Assembly (NCBI RefSeq): GCF_003704095.1
Contig: NW_020845558.1
Span: 620,001 to 684,000 of the forward strand
Origin: Pocillopora damicornis
Taxonomy: Eukaryota
DNA length: 64,000 bases
Reading direction: 5' to 3'
The notes under the pieces are model-generated. The model searched no databases. It was not told the DNA's origin and saw only the letters and a list, made by a program, of their open reading frames with translations. The position numbers were made by a program, and so were the translations under genes. Below, one piece after another: positions 11,436 through 26,000 of this stretch (positions within the stretch are counted from its first letter, which is position 1; each line of letters opens with the position of its first letter).

Positions 11436-11907
11436 GATCACTTTTCGGGCGGAAGTTACAATTTGCAACATTTCAAATTCAACGGAATCCGTAATACTGA
11501 TAGTGTCGCGGTTGTTTAAAAGTCGATTAGAATATTGAAAAATCTGGCAGATTTACTTGTGGCTTTCTACCCATTGCCATTTCGTAATTTTGACAATTCT
11601 AACCTCATGAATTAGTTATCGCCGTGTGGTCGTTGCTACGGAAGTTGAACAATACCTTGCAGTCAGCATAGGTTCGAGAGTTAGATTAGGAACCGAAGTC
11701 GGTTTTATTCACTAAATGGAACAAGATTACCCGGACCTCCAACGTTCATGGACATCCACCCACTCAGCTGTTAGTGATTATGCAGATTCTTTCTAGCTTG
11801 TTACACTCCTTTGAAAAAGATCTGCAGCTCGTAGCAAAAACGACTAAGCTTTTTAATCCTAAGTTGCGAATAATTTTAATTTTACATTCCGAAAGACGAT
11901 TAGTTTT

Positions 11908-12141
11908 CGCTTACCTCTACCTGTAGTACTGTGAAGTCCTTTTCCTCTTGAATTGTTTAAGATTCAGTCAGCGCTTTCTTATACCGTAAAGGTTTCCTCA
12001 GTCTTTCACGCTTCTGAAAGACACTAATCGCTTCTGTGTACTTATGACCAGTAGCTGTATTCATCTTTCGTCAATATGTACCTCTCGACCTGCATTCTTC
12101 CTCATTTTCATTGGTTAGCACTTCTGTTCCTTTGCAATTGG
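11908..12141 (-). promoter_or_regulatory. Putative promoter and non-coding first exon of CPQ-B
   Basis: Two minus-strand CCAAT boxes (ATTGG at 12110-12114 and 12137-12141) and a strong minus-strand donor AG|GTAAGC at 11915/11914. The donor would pair with the acceptor at 10407-10408, 7 nt before the ATG. Confidence 0.45.
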
Positions 12142-12348
12142 CTGCTGTCCGATTTAGCCTGTCTTAATCTAATGGATGGGTGGACTACTAGAAACATTGT
12201 AAGTGATGTCTACATTCTTACAAAAGGAAAGAAGTGTATTAGCGCGGAAAAGAACGAAAATGTCGAATTAACTCACACACAGATATTTTGTGGTACTTTG
12301 ACTGTGTTGTGCGAATAACTGTGACCAAAACTAAAACATTGGTGCCAC

Positions 12349-13340
12349 GGGTACCTGTTAGTACAACATGCAGACTGCAGACCGGATACAAAATGTAGAC
12401 TAGGTACAAAATGTTGACTGCACACTGCAGAGTGGGTACAAAATGCAGACTGAGAATCTAAAGAGTTTTTTCGTCTGGTATGTGGCAACATGTCATCTTG
12501 CAATTTACCAAGCGTCACGCAATCGCTTTTCCGCGATCAGCTTCCACGATTATTTGCGCTATCGTGGAATATTCCAGCCCGTTTCATGATGAAAATCGAT
12601 CGCAATATAATTTCAAGCCTTCATAGAGTCTTCTCACTTTGTGCGCGAGGTGGTTGGTGTGATTTCTGTACAGATTTTACCAACGTAATAAAAGTAGAGG
12701 TAGATGTAGATGCAAATGAGATGTCACTATTGAATATTTGACACGCGAAACATTCGAGAAGCAATTGACGGCTTTGCACGTGGTCCGTATTATCATCCTT
12801 TTTAAGTGTATGTGTTTATTTTGTTGACATAAATGCGGACCGAGACCAAAACTGTTCCTTCGACTTAATATATTTTCGACGTTTGTAGATTACATCATAT
12901 TAACTATTCATTCCAGATAACAAAATCAAATAAACATGCTAACGATGGTATCTGAATTCGTCCTTGGCCAAACACAAGCGACTCCACAAGATCACTTTCT
13001 CCAGGCATCGAAAATATACACAAAATCGGTTAGAATTAATTTTAATGAAACATTCATCTAGAGATAGCACCGAGCAAACTAATCCAGAAAAATGTAATCG
13101 GCACACTCAACAAATCATGAATCTTGCGACAAAGCTTGCCGTTAAAGAACTGCTCAAATAAAAAAATGTTTGGTACAATTCATCAACGCCTCAAATAGTA
13201 TTTGATTCAAAATTTTTCCACTCACTATCGTCGTGAAGGAACAATAACCATGATCGCGCTACAGTGCACAGAACTCCACTTTCTCTCGAACAACTATCCA
13301 CCATTTCCACAGCACGAGTAACACGTTTACTGTAGGTAAT
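12349..13340. mobile_element. Probable non-autonomous DNA element with subterminal tandem repeats
   Basis: Tandem (G/A)TACAAAATG(C/T)AGACT units at 12370-12451. Imperfect terminal inverted similarity (GTACCTGTTAGTACAACATG vs reverse complement of CACGTTTACTGTAGGTAA at about 13322-13339). No clear TSD. Confidence 0.45.
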
Positions 13341-14093
13341 CTGATATTTTTCATCTGTCCAGTAGTATCGCATTTTCTCATAAAGCGCGGTAAAATACAT
13401 GTACACATTAAAAACACAGAAAAGCCAACGTTTCTCATTCATTCTCTCCGAATCCCCTATTACTTTGTTGAAATTTTAACTAAAAAAACAACACAAAAAC
13501 CTATCGAGAGTTATGAGAGTTGTTAGCTAGTACATGCCACACAAGTGAATAGTGCTTTTCCCGCGCGTTGATTGTTTAATTCGGAAGTGAATAACAAGCG
13601 CTCTTGACCTCCACTTTGGTGAATAAATATTAATTATTCCGGAGCCTACATCATTTCGTCCCAATGGGCATACCAGTATGGCTACTTTCGCACAATCCAA
13701 AACTTGTGAAGTCGGGCAATACTTAGATCGATTTTACTGCTTCTAAGTGTTGAGGTAACCTTATCATGACTGTGATGAGTGAGTTATCCTCCTTGGGTAC
13801 AGCGTTAGAACAATTTATACCCGAGGAAAGTCCCTCTCTCGTAGATTGGTTGGAAATGCAAAACTTAATCAAGAAAGAAAGCAAATTATGATCGAGTAGG
13901 GCTGGGTCTCATACTCCCATCATTCCTTGCTCGCCTACATGATAGCTCACCACCACGCGTTCCACCATGTCTTCTAAATTGTGTTTCTGATTCCTCGCTT
14001 TACCTCTTAGTCGTGTGGTGACTTAGTTATAGGGCTTTCCACTCTATCCATATAGGTTTAAGGAAATGTTTCAAATCACTGTTGGAGCGTAAA

Positions 14094-17000
14094 ATGATGC
14101 AAGCAGCGGGACAGGTAGTTGGTAATGGTGCAGTAGAAAGGCGTATGAGCTCTGATCATATCAAGGTAAACCCGCACAGAAATTCAATTTTGGGGCAAAG
14201 TTGTCGTAGTTAAGAGCTTAATAAGAAAGTGATGAGCAAAGTGCCTTCCAAGCTTCACCGAGTTTTGTTAAATTAAGTAAACTTCAGGGTAAATTTAACT
14301 GCCAAGGCATATTTTGCAAGCTGTGAAATCTGTTTCCTAGAGATCTGTTGATTTGACGTAGCTCAGTGGCCGATACATTTCTGTTTCTTAATCTGTGTCC
14401 GCTCAGAATTATCAATTCAACTTATTATGAGCATTTGAATTATTTTTTTTGTTTGAAATTAGCCGTTTTTTTGGTTGTTCAGTTGGTATGTTAATTTTAA
14501 ATTTGAGCTTTTCCCAATCGATGAAATTGGTTTTGCTTGTCAAGGATGGAGGTGTCACATTTTGGAGCACAACTGAACGCGGAATTAAAGCAGAACTGCG
14601 GCTACAACATCATCCTTACGACACAGAATCATGGGGAGTACTAATAAGAGAGGCACAGGTAAAAACGGGATTTTTTTTTAAACAAATCAGCGCTAAAAAC
14701 TTATTGCAAAGATGCGAATTATTCATTGTTATTACATTAGCTGTAACCCAGATGTAGAACTGCCCGAAATTTTCTAATATTGAAGAAAAAGGCAAGGCTG
14801 ATAATGTAAAATCATTGCCAAACCAAGTTTTAGTTTTTGTAAGATTTAATTTGAAAATACGTATTTCGTGTAGTCATTAAACTACATGATTATGTATGCA
14901 AAATGGCTTCCTTTCAGAATTCTTGGAAAGTGCTAAAGAAATTAGATTGCTTCATTTGTGAGATTATTTTTTAATGGTATGGAATCTAAGTTAAGTGTTT
15001 CTAGTGTTTCTACTGTATAATTTTATTGATAAAGAACACGCCAATATTGACACAGAATTGTGCACGCGTCTGAATTTCTTCGACCTTTAAACTCGACAAA
15101 GAAGCTTTAAAGCTTTCGAAAGTTAGATTAGACAACTTTTAAAAGACTGAAATGTATCACCTTAATGTCACGTTTTCACCACCAAAAAGTTCAATAATAT
15201 ACCATGCAGGTTATCCACCAGTGTGGGTAATCTGTTGACTTTTTTTTCGCCGTATGCAATAATTGGCCGGTGCAGGTAATCGGCCGTGTGGGTAAATGGC
15301 TGGAAATTACAGTAATTACTCTTCAGGCAAAGAACTGGTAAACTTGGAAGAAGACATTGAGGAAACAGAAGCTGTGATTGATCATTCTACAAGAATTGGA
15401 AACACTGAATGATCAATGTCTTTACAGCAGACATTTTGAAGCTATTTTTTTGGCAGACAAATGCTTTTGTTGTCAAGAGCTGATTGGCCTACATAGGCAA
15501 GAAACTGGCAAAAGACACAGGCAGTTTTATTCCTTTCACTCACAGGTCTAACTAAAACACATAGACAGACATTCCTGCCACACAGTGAAAAGCTATGGTA
15601 AATTATAATCTGAGTACCCTGATAAATGATACTAAGATCAATTGAGTGTTTTCATAATACACATGTAAATCCTCTTTTCACTTGTGTGCGGTGACAGTTT
15701 TGAGATGATAGCTGAGGATTTGTTGTTGGGTCTTAAGGAATTATTTTTGGGATGGTGTCCTCCTTTGGCTTGTACTTTGCAGGTGTTCAAAGAATTTCAA
15801 ACTTGAGTTATTGTTTGTAATGAGGTGCTTTGCAATTTCCTTGAGAAATTTTGCCAGCTATTTTCTTTTGAAGATTTTGGTGTGACTTCACTCATGCATA
15901 TTCTGTGCAACACACCATAAGTAAATTACTGATGGTTAGAAACTAAATTGAAGAAAGCCTGAAAACATTGTCCACCTCTTTCTCAAAATGACATTAATTC
16001 TAACTCTGAAAAAGTTCACACTGTGTTTGCAAAAAAGTACAAAAGCATACCATACAAACAAACATATCTCTTTACATAAACAAATGAGACAACTCAATTG
16101 TGTGATTTAATGACTTACTAACTGACTGTGCTTGGGATTGTGTACAACCACGTTGAGTTTTTCCATAGATCTCTTGCCCACAGACTACTGGGCTAATAAG
16201 GTTTCCAAACAACTTCTATATATGAAAGTATGGAATATTTAAGAAATTAGAAAGTATATGACCTTACAAAACTGTTCATGGGAAGTCAAGAGATGGCTAA
16301 ATAAACAACACAGACATATTCACTGATTGATTTATGACATTCTCAGCCATCCAAACCCAGCCTGAAGTCAAACATTTTCTCAGTGTGAGAAACATGCCTT
16401 ATCATTTCCCTTTTTATTTTAATCATTATAAGAAGCCACACAACTTCAATAAACCTACTGAATGCAAGTTTTGAGGCAACAGTGTCTATGGGGATCTGAT
16501 CTCTTTTCCATATCAGTGACTGATATTAACCACTGACATTGATTTTCTGAGTCATGGTACTGCTGGGTAAAAAAATATTTTTTCAAAGAGAGGTTCAAAC
16601 CAAAGACTGAAAAAAAAAAACTTTTGAACATTTATATTTAAGCTGTAAGCTGCAATTTTAAAATGGTTAAAATTTAGAGCTTCAGTTCCCCTTTCAACTT
16701 TGAAATTTTATTGGTTTTTATCTTAAATACAAAAAAGTTCTTAAAAATAATTTTCTCAATTTGTTTGTTTAAAAAATTTTATCACTGTTTTTGCTGTTGA
16801 ATGTTAAAAGTCACTTTGGATTAATCAGTTCAATTCTTTTAAACTGTAGGTTCTTTTATTATTATTATTTTTAATTTTCTCATCATTAATTTCCATGTAT
16901 GTATCATTAGAACTGATAATACAACAGAGATGTTTGAGTTAATTCTGTGTTAAGAGCAAATATTTTTTCTGTTTTATTTGCTTTAGAATACTCCTTTGGA

Positions 17001-20000
17001 AACATCTAGAGTTCTGTGTGAAAAGCTTGTAAGACGATTCCCTAATGCTGGTCGTTACTGGAGATTATACATTGAGCAAGAGGTTTTTAGAATTTGTAGT
17101 TTCTTTAAGATTTGTTAGCTCTGAAAATAATTTTACTAGTCTCTTCTTACAAATTCAGATCTTGGTATCTGGTGCACTTGTGTCTATAAGTCCATTCTTA
17201 GTCTCTGCAGACCCTGTGATGTAGTGTTAACATATTGCACTGTGATTTTGAGCCTAATTTTTGGGCAACCAGAGATAACTTGTGTAAATTGCTAGTAATT
17301 TTGCCGCAAATTTAGGTGATTTTTTTGCCCAAAGAATTACTAGCAGTTTGTACAGGAACTCTAAGGAAATAGTGTCTGCTCATAGTGCAGGACAAAATTA
17401 TTTGACTAGGGTTACAATTGTGCAAAAGCTTGATTTATTTCATAAGATATATGATGTGACCATAAATAAGGGAGGTTAAAGGTAGGCACAAAAGGTCACC
17501 TAACTGTTGGCACAATTGCCACAGAATAAAGGTTCTTGGTTGAGTTCTCTATTTAAAGTGAAATGCTATGTTTGTTTGCTCTGTTTAAGAGCGAAATAAA
17601 TGGGCTTTTTCAATACTGTGTCCTTTTTCAGACTAAACAGAGATTTGACTCTCAAAAATGTTTGTGTTGTGTTTGCATTTGTGTGCAGTCTCTTTATTTG
17701 CCTCAAGTGTCATTTACTTAACGTAGTATCCTCTGGGGTTCTTTTTTTAGATATCTCAGTTGTTATTTCCGTATTTAAACCGTCCAAATTTCTCTTAATT
17801 TTAGAGTAGAATTTGTTTCTGAGACCATTTTAAAAATATTATAATTTTTTTTTTAAAGTATCCATATCAACCAAAGAAATATCACGTGCCACTTAAATGT
17901 AGTAAAACCATTTCCAGGGCTGTCCATAATATTGTAGCTGGTTCAGTGACAATAAGCACAAAATTTTACTCTCCACCAGGAGGATACTAAGGCATGGTCC
18001 AAAACTTGAGAGTACTTTGTTGACGGGATAAAAAGAAAAATTTTACCCCCTAAGAAACAAAACAAGCAAAACAAACAAAAATTTACAACTGAAGAAATAA
18101 TATTGCATTGTTTCTGTCCAGAGGTTAATCTGGTGGTCAAAAGTGTTGGTATAGTTTCCAGTTTGTGCCCATACATAAAATGTTCAATTGAACCCAGGTG
18201 ATCGTTACATATTGATATAGGTGGAGACAGTTTCCACTTCATTACTGCGCTTAGATGATCCGTCACAGTTGGCTTACAAAACCATCCTCTTGTGACTGTT
18301 CCTCTTTAAATACAGTTCACACCCCCAAGGACTATGGTTTGTTGAAAGGGCTCAATTTATTATCTTGTTCCTGTTCAGTCTTCTTCATTTTCTCCCTTTC
18401 CCCTGTTTGGTTTATTTTCCCCTTGTTTCTTAGAATCAATGAAGAGCCATGGGATATCAACCTTTTTCTCCCTGATTAGAGGATTTACAACCTGTTTGTG
18501 GATTAGAAAAGTAGAGTTTATGTTTGCAGGCATAACTAGTTTTGGCTGAGGGTTAAAATACTCTTGGAAGGGCACATAACAGGTTTATACTCTAGGACAT
18601 ATACTGTATTACAATTATCATCACTTTGGAGGACAATAAAATAAAAACTGAAGAAAAAATGACTACTAAACAGTCTGAAATCTCCATTTTAGCCTGCAAA
18701 ATGCAGCGCAGTGCCCTTCAAAGTGATAATAATTAGTTTAAAAGTACATAAGTTTCTCCTGGAATTCTGGCATACATGTCTTGCCCTAATTCAAGTTATG
18801 GTCTTTTTATCCTATGGAGGGAAGAAAGAAATTTCACATTGGTGACTTACAGTGATTTAAATTCATAGTTTCAAGTGTTGTGTCCACAGATGTAAAAGCA
18901 GCCTTGTAACTAGTGTTAGAAGGGGGGGTGCAGTGCCTAGCACAGGGTGAGGTCAGCTGTAAAAGAGAAAAGAAGCCAGTTGGCCATTTTAACCATCCTC
19001 CTTCACCATTTTCTGCTTTATTTAATGGTCTATTTCCTATATTTTCAATTCTTTTTTTCTTGATTGTCATGCCTTTGAAATCACTTTGTGTTAAGATTTT
19101 GAAGGTAGCATCTGTTGATCTGTTGAAATACTCAAGACTTGATAATTTAACCTCATGCTCTATCCTCCTCTTCCAACCACTCAACCTCAACTGCATCAGT
19201 TTTAAGACCTTTTTTTATTACCAACTTACTCAGCTTGGATGACTCCAACACCAAACAATTATTTATGGTACTGGAACCTCCCATAATGACAAACCCAAAT
19301 CAAGAAGTAAAATGTGTGAACTCTTAGGACTTTTTTTCCATTACCAATTTGACAAGCTTCTGATTTGTAATTAAGAAGGCAAATTCAGTTTTCTATTTTG
19401 GAAAGAGTTGAAAATGCAGAATATTGGGGTTATTAACTAGGATAATTACACTTTTCAAACATAATTATTAACCTAGACTGCTGTGTTTTTTAAAATCTTG
19501 ACTAATTTCAAGTTGGACAAATCTAAGTTGTTCCTCATCTTGCCCCCCTTCCCTCCATCAGGGGTATTTTTTTCCACTACTCATATAAGGGAGGGGGCTG
19601 TGATGGAATGGGAGACAGAGGTTACCCAAGTGGAAACAGATTCTTCCATATTGGTTTGTTGCTAAAAACCCCAATTCTTGCATGCTTAAAACAAATTATA
19701 ATGTTAATTTACCTCCTTGCTCCCTTTGCACAAATTGTGTGCAGTGGTGTGCTTGTAAAGCATATTGGCTACCTAGTAAATCTTAGCTCCATTTGAAGCC
19801 AAACTGTTATGTAAGAGAAGTGGAAATTAGTTGGTTGTAAGTTTGATACTCTTGCAGTGAAGAACTGATGCCCTTTTCCATGCCAAAATTTAAGGTGCCT
19901 CCAAACTTCACTTGAGCACTGTCACTTGTCTCTTCCTTGCCAAGAATAATGAAGAATAGTCCCCAAACAATGAAGGCTGAATATAAAAACAAAGTTTAAC

Positions 20001-23000
20001 TGTTGTTTGGAAAAACCTTCTTTTGAATCAGTTTTAATATAACCAAGGGTTTGATTTAAACATGGATTTGAGAAGTGTCAAGAGGGTTGATGGCTAACAG
20101 AAAAACATTTAATATTTACTTCAAACAATCCTTGACACTATTCCAAGAGATCCTTTGATTGTTTTAAACTGCAGCATATAATGGCTGAATATCTTGATTT
20201 TTAAGGATCAATCTGCATCAGTTCCTGTATTTTTCCCCTATCAAGGGTACTAGTGAGAAATGTATTTTGAAACCATTTTTTTATGTGCATGGGGCCTGTT
20301 TCTCGAAAGTCCTGGTGGTTTAACAGGCCTGAAACCATATTTTAAAATAAAAATTTAAAGAAAAGAGGAGCAGGTTCTAGCCCCCCAAGCAATACATTTT
20401 GTTTCTTTGGCTGAAAGTTTTATTGTACAATTTTCAAAGCTTTTGAAACCCCATTTGTGAATGAAGACAGAACAGCTATACAGACCCATTAAATAAGTTA
20501 CTGGGACCTTCAAGAAACAGGTCCCTGCTCTTAAAGCCAAATTGGTTTGGAACAAGATAAATTTGTCCATGTCAAACATCTGTAAAAGTCTTCAAATTAG
20601 CTCTTTGTGTCTATCAAAATTGGCAATAGGAAATGCATTGTGCCACTGTTAGGCATTTGTACTGTCCAAAGTATTCATAATTTGATTTTGGGTAAAAGAA
20701 TGTTACTCAAGTTTGGTTAGATCACTTAGTATCAATATGGAGATGTGCACATCTTATTTTGTCAAATTAGTTTAAGAATGTTTTGAGTGAAGTCTTCATG
20801 GTTGATTTTCTTTCAGATGAAACATAAGAACTATGAACAAGTAGAAAAGGTACTAAGATAATCATTTTTTGATAGACCTAACTGAGACAGGTTAATGTTC
20901 TTGGCTTTGGCCTTGAAAGAGTTAATATGATTTTCAGTTGAACAAGATGAAACGTAAGTTTGGTGACCACATTTTGACTATAAAATTGTGGTGTTGTCAC
21001 AGGCAACTGGCACCATTTCCAATGGCAACAAGCTGATTGACTTCTTTTGGCAGGCTTTTGAGACTTGGTTAACCATTGGAAATGAGCTAGGGCCAGAGGT
21101 TGCCTGCGACAACACCACTATTTTATGGTCAAAACCTTTGCCAAACCTTGTCCATGCCTTACTCAACTGGTAATCATAGTACTTTGTAGAGATCTGAAAT
21201 GCAAATCCCCCTTTTTCTTCTTAATTATCAGTTGTGGTTGATTCCAATGGCAGTGATAAATTTCTTTGTTCTACAACCTGTGAAATATGGGAAAACTTCA
21301 TTTTCATTTCACTTTACTCAGTCAACGCTAAATCTGCTTCGGGTTTCGATTACTGGGAGGATGTGGAAAGGGGCATTTAAGAACTTGAGGGAAGGGGGGC
21401 TTAACTTTTAAGTCTTCAACTAACTGATCAAGACAGTAGTTCTCCTTATAATGGTAATGCATTTTAAAGCAGACAAGTGATGAGAAAAAAGCCATTAGGA
21501 CAAAATATCAAATAGGGGATTTAGAACTAACATCGTGAGAATTTTTATGGTAGACAGTAAGGAGAACTACTAATGAGATCTTGGGAGTTAAAGGGTTAAA
21601 GGAGACCTCCACTGTTAGAACATATTGATAGAATAAAAAAAATAATCCTCACAGTTAAAATTTGATCCTTGCAGTAATGAACACTACTTGAGCAGTAGTG
21701 GAAAAAGGGCTTGAAAAAAAATTCAGGCCTGTATGGGATTTGAACCCAATTTAAAATTTGTCTGCACAAGTAGAAATGAATTGTTTACAGCAATAGAAAA
21801 TTGAAATAGATGACTTATTTTATTTGAAGCTGGAATGTTTTGTTCACCCCTATCCTGGATTGTATGGCATTTAATGGTGACCACTACAACTTGTGTTATC
21901 TCCTTGGTGCTTATGGAAATAAAAGAGCTACTTTTGATTATGATAAGACATGACATATGATATCATACAATCCATACTTGTGCCTAGCAAAAAATTCAAA
22001 CAAACTTTTAAGACAGCTTAAATTTGTTCAGTTTTTGTGCATTCTGTTAAGGGAACTTCATAATTCAAATCATTTTTGTAGTGGTAAACAACAATTTGTT
22101 CAGCAGTGGAGGCATCCATCTGGGACTATAAGATGGGTGATGTTGTATTGTATTCCTTTGTAAAGCTGTGTGTTGTGATGATTTCAACTGAGATTTTTGT
22201 TGGAAAGACACCATTATGTTGATGTATACCTTTGAAGTGTCAGTTACTTCTACCTCTATTGAGCCAGTTAGGAAAAAATGATTCTGTGAGATATTTCAAG
22301 TATCAATAATTGTTTGCATAGATAACTCAGTAAGCTGGCCTTTTCTTATTTATTACACCTGTTTTCTCTTGACTCTTGTTATTTCAGCTCTTCCAGAAAT
22401 GCTTGATCAAGGTGTTAAACATTGATCTCTGGAAGTGTTACCTGTCATATGTAAAGGAGACTAAAAGCTCTCTTCAAAATTTTAGGTAGGCATGCATTTC
22501 AATTTCATTAAAGAAATTTTTATTTGGTTGAAGCTAAAGCAAATAACCCTTTACACCATAACATCAGTAGCCATATTTCCCAAAACCCTTCTCTCCACTT
22601 TTCCTTTGGTACTGACATGAAGAGTTCATCTATCAATTAAAGCATCTTAGGTTTGTGATTAATTTCTTTATTCTCATGATCTTAATGAATAATTTAGCAG
22701 TATTACTGGAAGGAGAAGTTAGATGGAATCAACTGCTGAGATTCTATGGATTTAATTTAAATCCGTAGAACTTCTGCATTTGATTCCAAATAACTCTAAC
22801 CATTAGGAGCAGTCAGTTAGTGTTATATATGGAGAGTGATAGGTACTCAAAGAATGGGCAGAAATGATTTTAAATATCAAACAGGGAATTCAAAATAATT
22901 TTCATGTTCAATTTCTTTCCAAACAAGAAGGACTTGAGTTTTGGTGAAATTACGAAGAAAATCCAGGAAGAGTATTATTAAATTTACTTTAGAGCAAGAT

Positions 23001-26000
23001 TTGCTTGTTTTACTGGTAGTCTTGGGAAAAACCATCAAAGGAATTTAGGGCCTTTTGGGTGGATGAGGGAAGAATGGGTTAGTTTTCTTTGATAAAAGTG
23101 ATAGTTAATCACAAACAAACAGGAGAGGATGTAGCCAACACTGAACTTGTTACTCAGCAGTCCAGTAGAACCCTGTGTGCATGAACTAAAACTGCCCTGA
23201 GAAACAAGCTCAAGACACAGGCTAGCTTGAGTTACACTTGAGGTGTTGGTAAATAACAACAAATGTGCTCTAAAAGGAAGTGGTGGAAGGGTTAAGAAGT
23301 GCAGGACCAGACATCTGTCCTGAATTAACAAAGCTCCACCATATAATATTATTTACCTCTTTCCATCTTGTCAATAGCTCATCACCAGTTCCACTCCTGT
23401 TTTCTTTGAACTCTCTTTTAATTTTTCATTGTTGGGGTTTTTAATCTTTGACCTTAAATCTCATTGCGCGATCCCTTGCACCTGGCTATGACCCCTCACT
23501 CTATTTTCAACCAACAGTGGGATAGATTAATTGTCAACTCCAGTATTAAGGAGGAAAGTTGTGGGACTAATTGAGCCAGTGTTTGCTTTATGCAGAATTT
23601 CACTTTTAATTGGAAATCTACATATTAAAGGTTTTGCTGTTGCCAGTACATTGTATTCCTTCTTTTTCTTGCTAATCAGTACATTTTCAGCCTCAGCTGG
23701 TAGAGCCCTTTGTGCTAAAGGTGTGGTCTTTACTTTACAGAGATAAAATGCAGCAAGCTTATGAATTTGCCCTGGATAAAGTTGGAGTAGACTTCAACTC
23801 TTACCAAGTCAGTCGATATAATATTGCAATACATCTTATATTGATTTTTTTTTTACCTGGTTGTTTTATTGATAATATGTTTGTCTAGGGTATGTTGAAG
23901 GTTTAATCTATCTCAGTAGAGAATAGCAGTATCCGTACAATAAACAGAACTTTTTTCCAAAAAACATGTCTTTGTGAACTCAAAACTCAAATTCCATGTG
24001 AAGGTTAATTACACATAATTTATGCACAAAGCAAAAAAAATGAAAAAGTGTGCTTTTTTTTTTTTCTTGCTATTTTCCCATAAATGGTATATTTTGACAC
24101 GAACAGGCATGTTCCTGTCAATCAAGACCATGATAGATATTCCAGCAGTTTTCATATGCACATGTAGGTTAAATGCACACATGCACAAAGTGAAACAACT
24201 TAATACATTTTTTTCATTTGTTAAGGGGAATAACATAATAATTTTATTAAATACAAAGGATATTGTTCTTGGATTTTTCTTTCTATCTATCTGATAATTC
24301 TTGTTTTGGTTTTGATTTGTCACTTTTTTCATAGATTTGGTTGGATTATGTCAATTTTTTGAAGTCAGGGTAGGTATATAATTGATAGACAAGTTACTAG
24401 ACACATGGCTTCTTTTTCACTTTGTCTTATATTGGCTTATATTAAGCACTTAAAATTTGTAAATGCGTTCTTCCAATTGTTTTAATTTCAGTGAAGCAGT
24501 TGGCAGTTATGCAGAAAACCGCAAGATAATCAACATTAGAAAAGTTTATCAGGTAACTTATGTAACACTTCATTGCTGCCACAACATTCCATGGGGAGAT
24601 CTCATTCTTGATACTGACTCTTTCCAAGAATTAAAAAAACACCTTTTCAAGTATCACTATCAAATTGAGTGCTTTTCTTTATAGAGAGCTGTGGTGACTC
24701 CTATCATTAATTTGGAGGCACTTTGGAGGGAATATAATGCTTTTGAACAGGTAGATATGATTTTTATTGATTAAAGGTATTGTCTGAACCTCTGGTCCTC
24801 ATTTTATGAGCTAGTCATTTGTCTGTGTTTTTTTTTTAAATCAGTATTCATAGTTATTATCCATAAGAAAGAGAAACATTTTTATGTTGACATCTCAGTT
24901 CTAAATGCACAATAGAATACATACAAATTTTTAGAAAATTATCGTAAATTTTACAACCGCCCAATCTTGTCTACATTTCAGAGTGTAAACAAGCTGTTAG
25001 CAAAGAAACTGATTGATGATAAAACAAGAGATTACATGAATGCCAGGAGAGTTTCAAAGGTAAACAACTACCTTCCTAAAGTAACATTAAGTTAAAGGAA
25101 AACATGAATATTGATGACAATATTGTACAAAATACATAAAGTACAGATTTAAGGGACATAACTTCCAGTACAAACTTGGTTTGGAATTGAAGCCTCCCTC
25201 TCTGGTCTGCTCCAGTTCCTGTAAAATGGATTTCAGGTATAAATGATTTCAAATCAGGTTGATTTGTATTTTCTTTAATTCCTTTAAATTGTGGTCATTT
25301 AACTGCAGCAAATGGAAATACACACTGAAAGTTTTCGACCTCTTTTTTTTCCAGTCCCAAGGGAGCAAACATTTTCTTGGTGACACAATGTACTTTCAAG
25401 ACTTGTTCATTAAATTGAAGTCTGAATGAGTTTCCTTTCTTTACAGGAGTATGAAGCCATTACCAGAGGACTGGTCAGAGGAAACCCTTCAGTTCCTGTT
25501 CAGGGAACTGCTGATGAAATTAAACAGGTACCGGTATAGATAAATTGTCTAGATCTTGGTTTCTCTTGGACATATCTTTGACTTCAACCTTTACAAATTA
25601 CAACTTCTTTCGATTCAACACAACTGTAACAATTGATTGGCAGCAGGAGTGATTTTAATTTTTTTTATTCAATGGCCAGCTACAAATATGGAAGAAGTAT
25701 ATTGCTTGGGAAAAGAGTAACCCACTGAGAACAGAAGACACTGCCCTTCTTACTAAGAGAGGTAATACTTAAAAAGTGATTCTGTAAATGCTATAGGGTT
25801 ACAGTTAACTTTATCTCTACCACTGTAGAGGAAACACTAGCTTGCTATCATGAACCTTCTCCTACATACCTTGCCAGAGAAGACACATTTGGCATAGTTA
25901 TTATTTTTGATTGGATTGTGCATAACAAACAGAATCTAGTCTATTGTATTTTTCTAACATTTTTTGGCATTTTTTGGCTGAAAAACAAACAACAGAAAAT

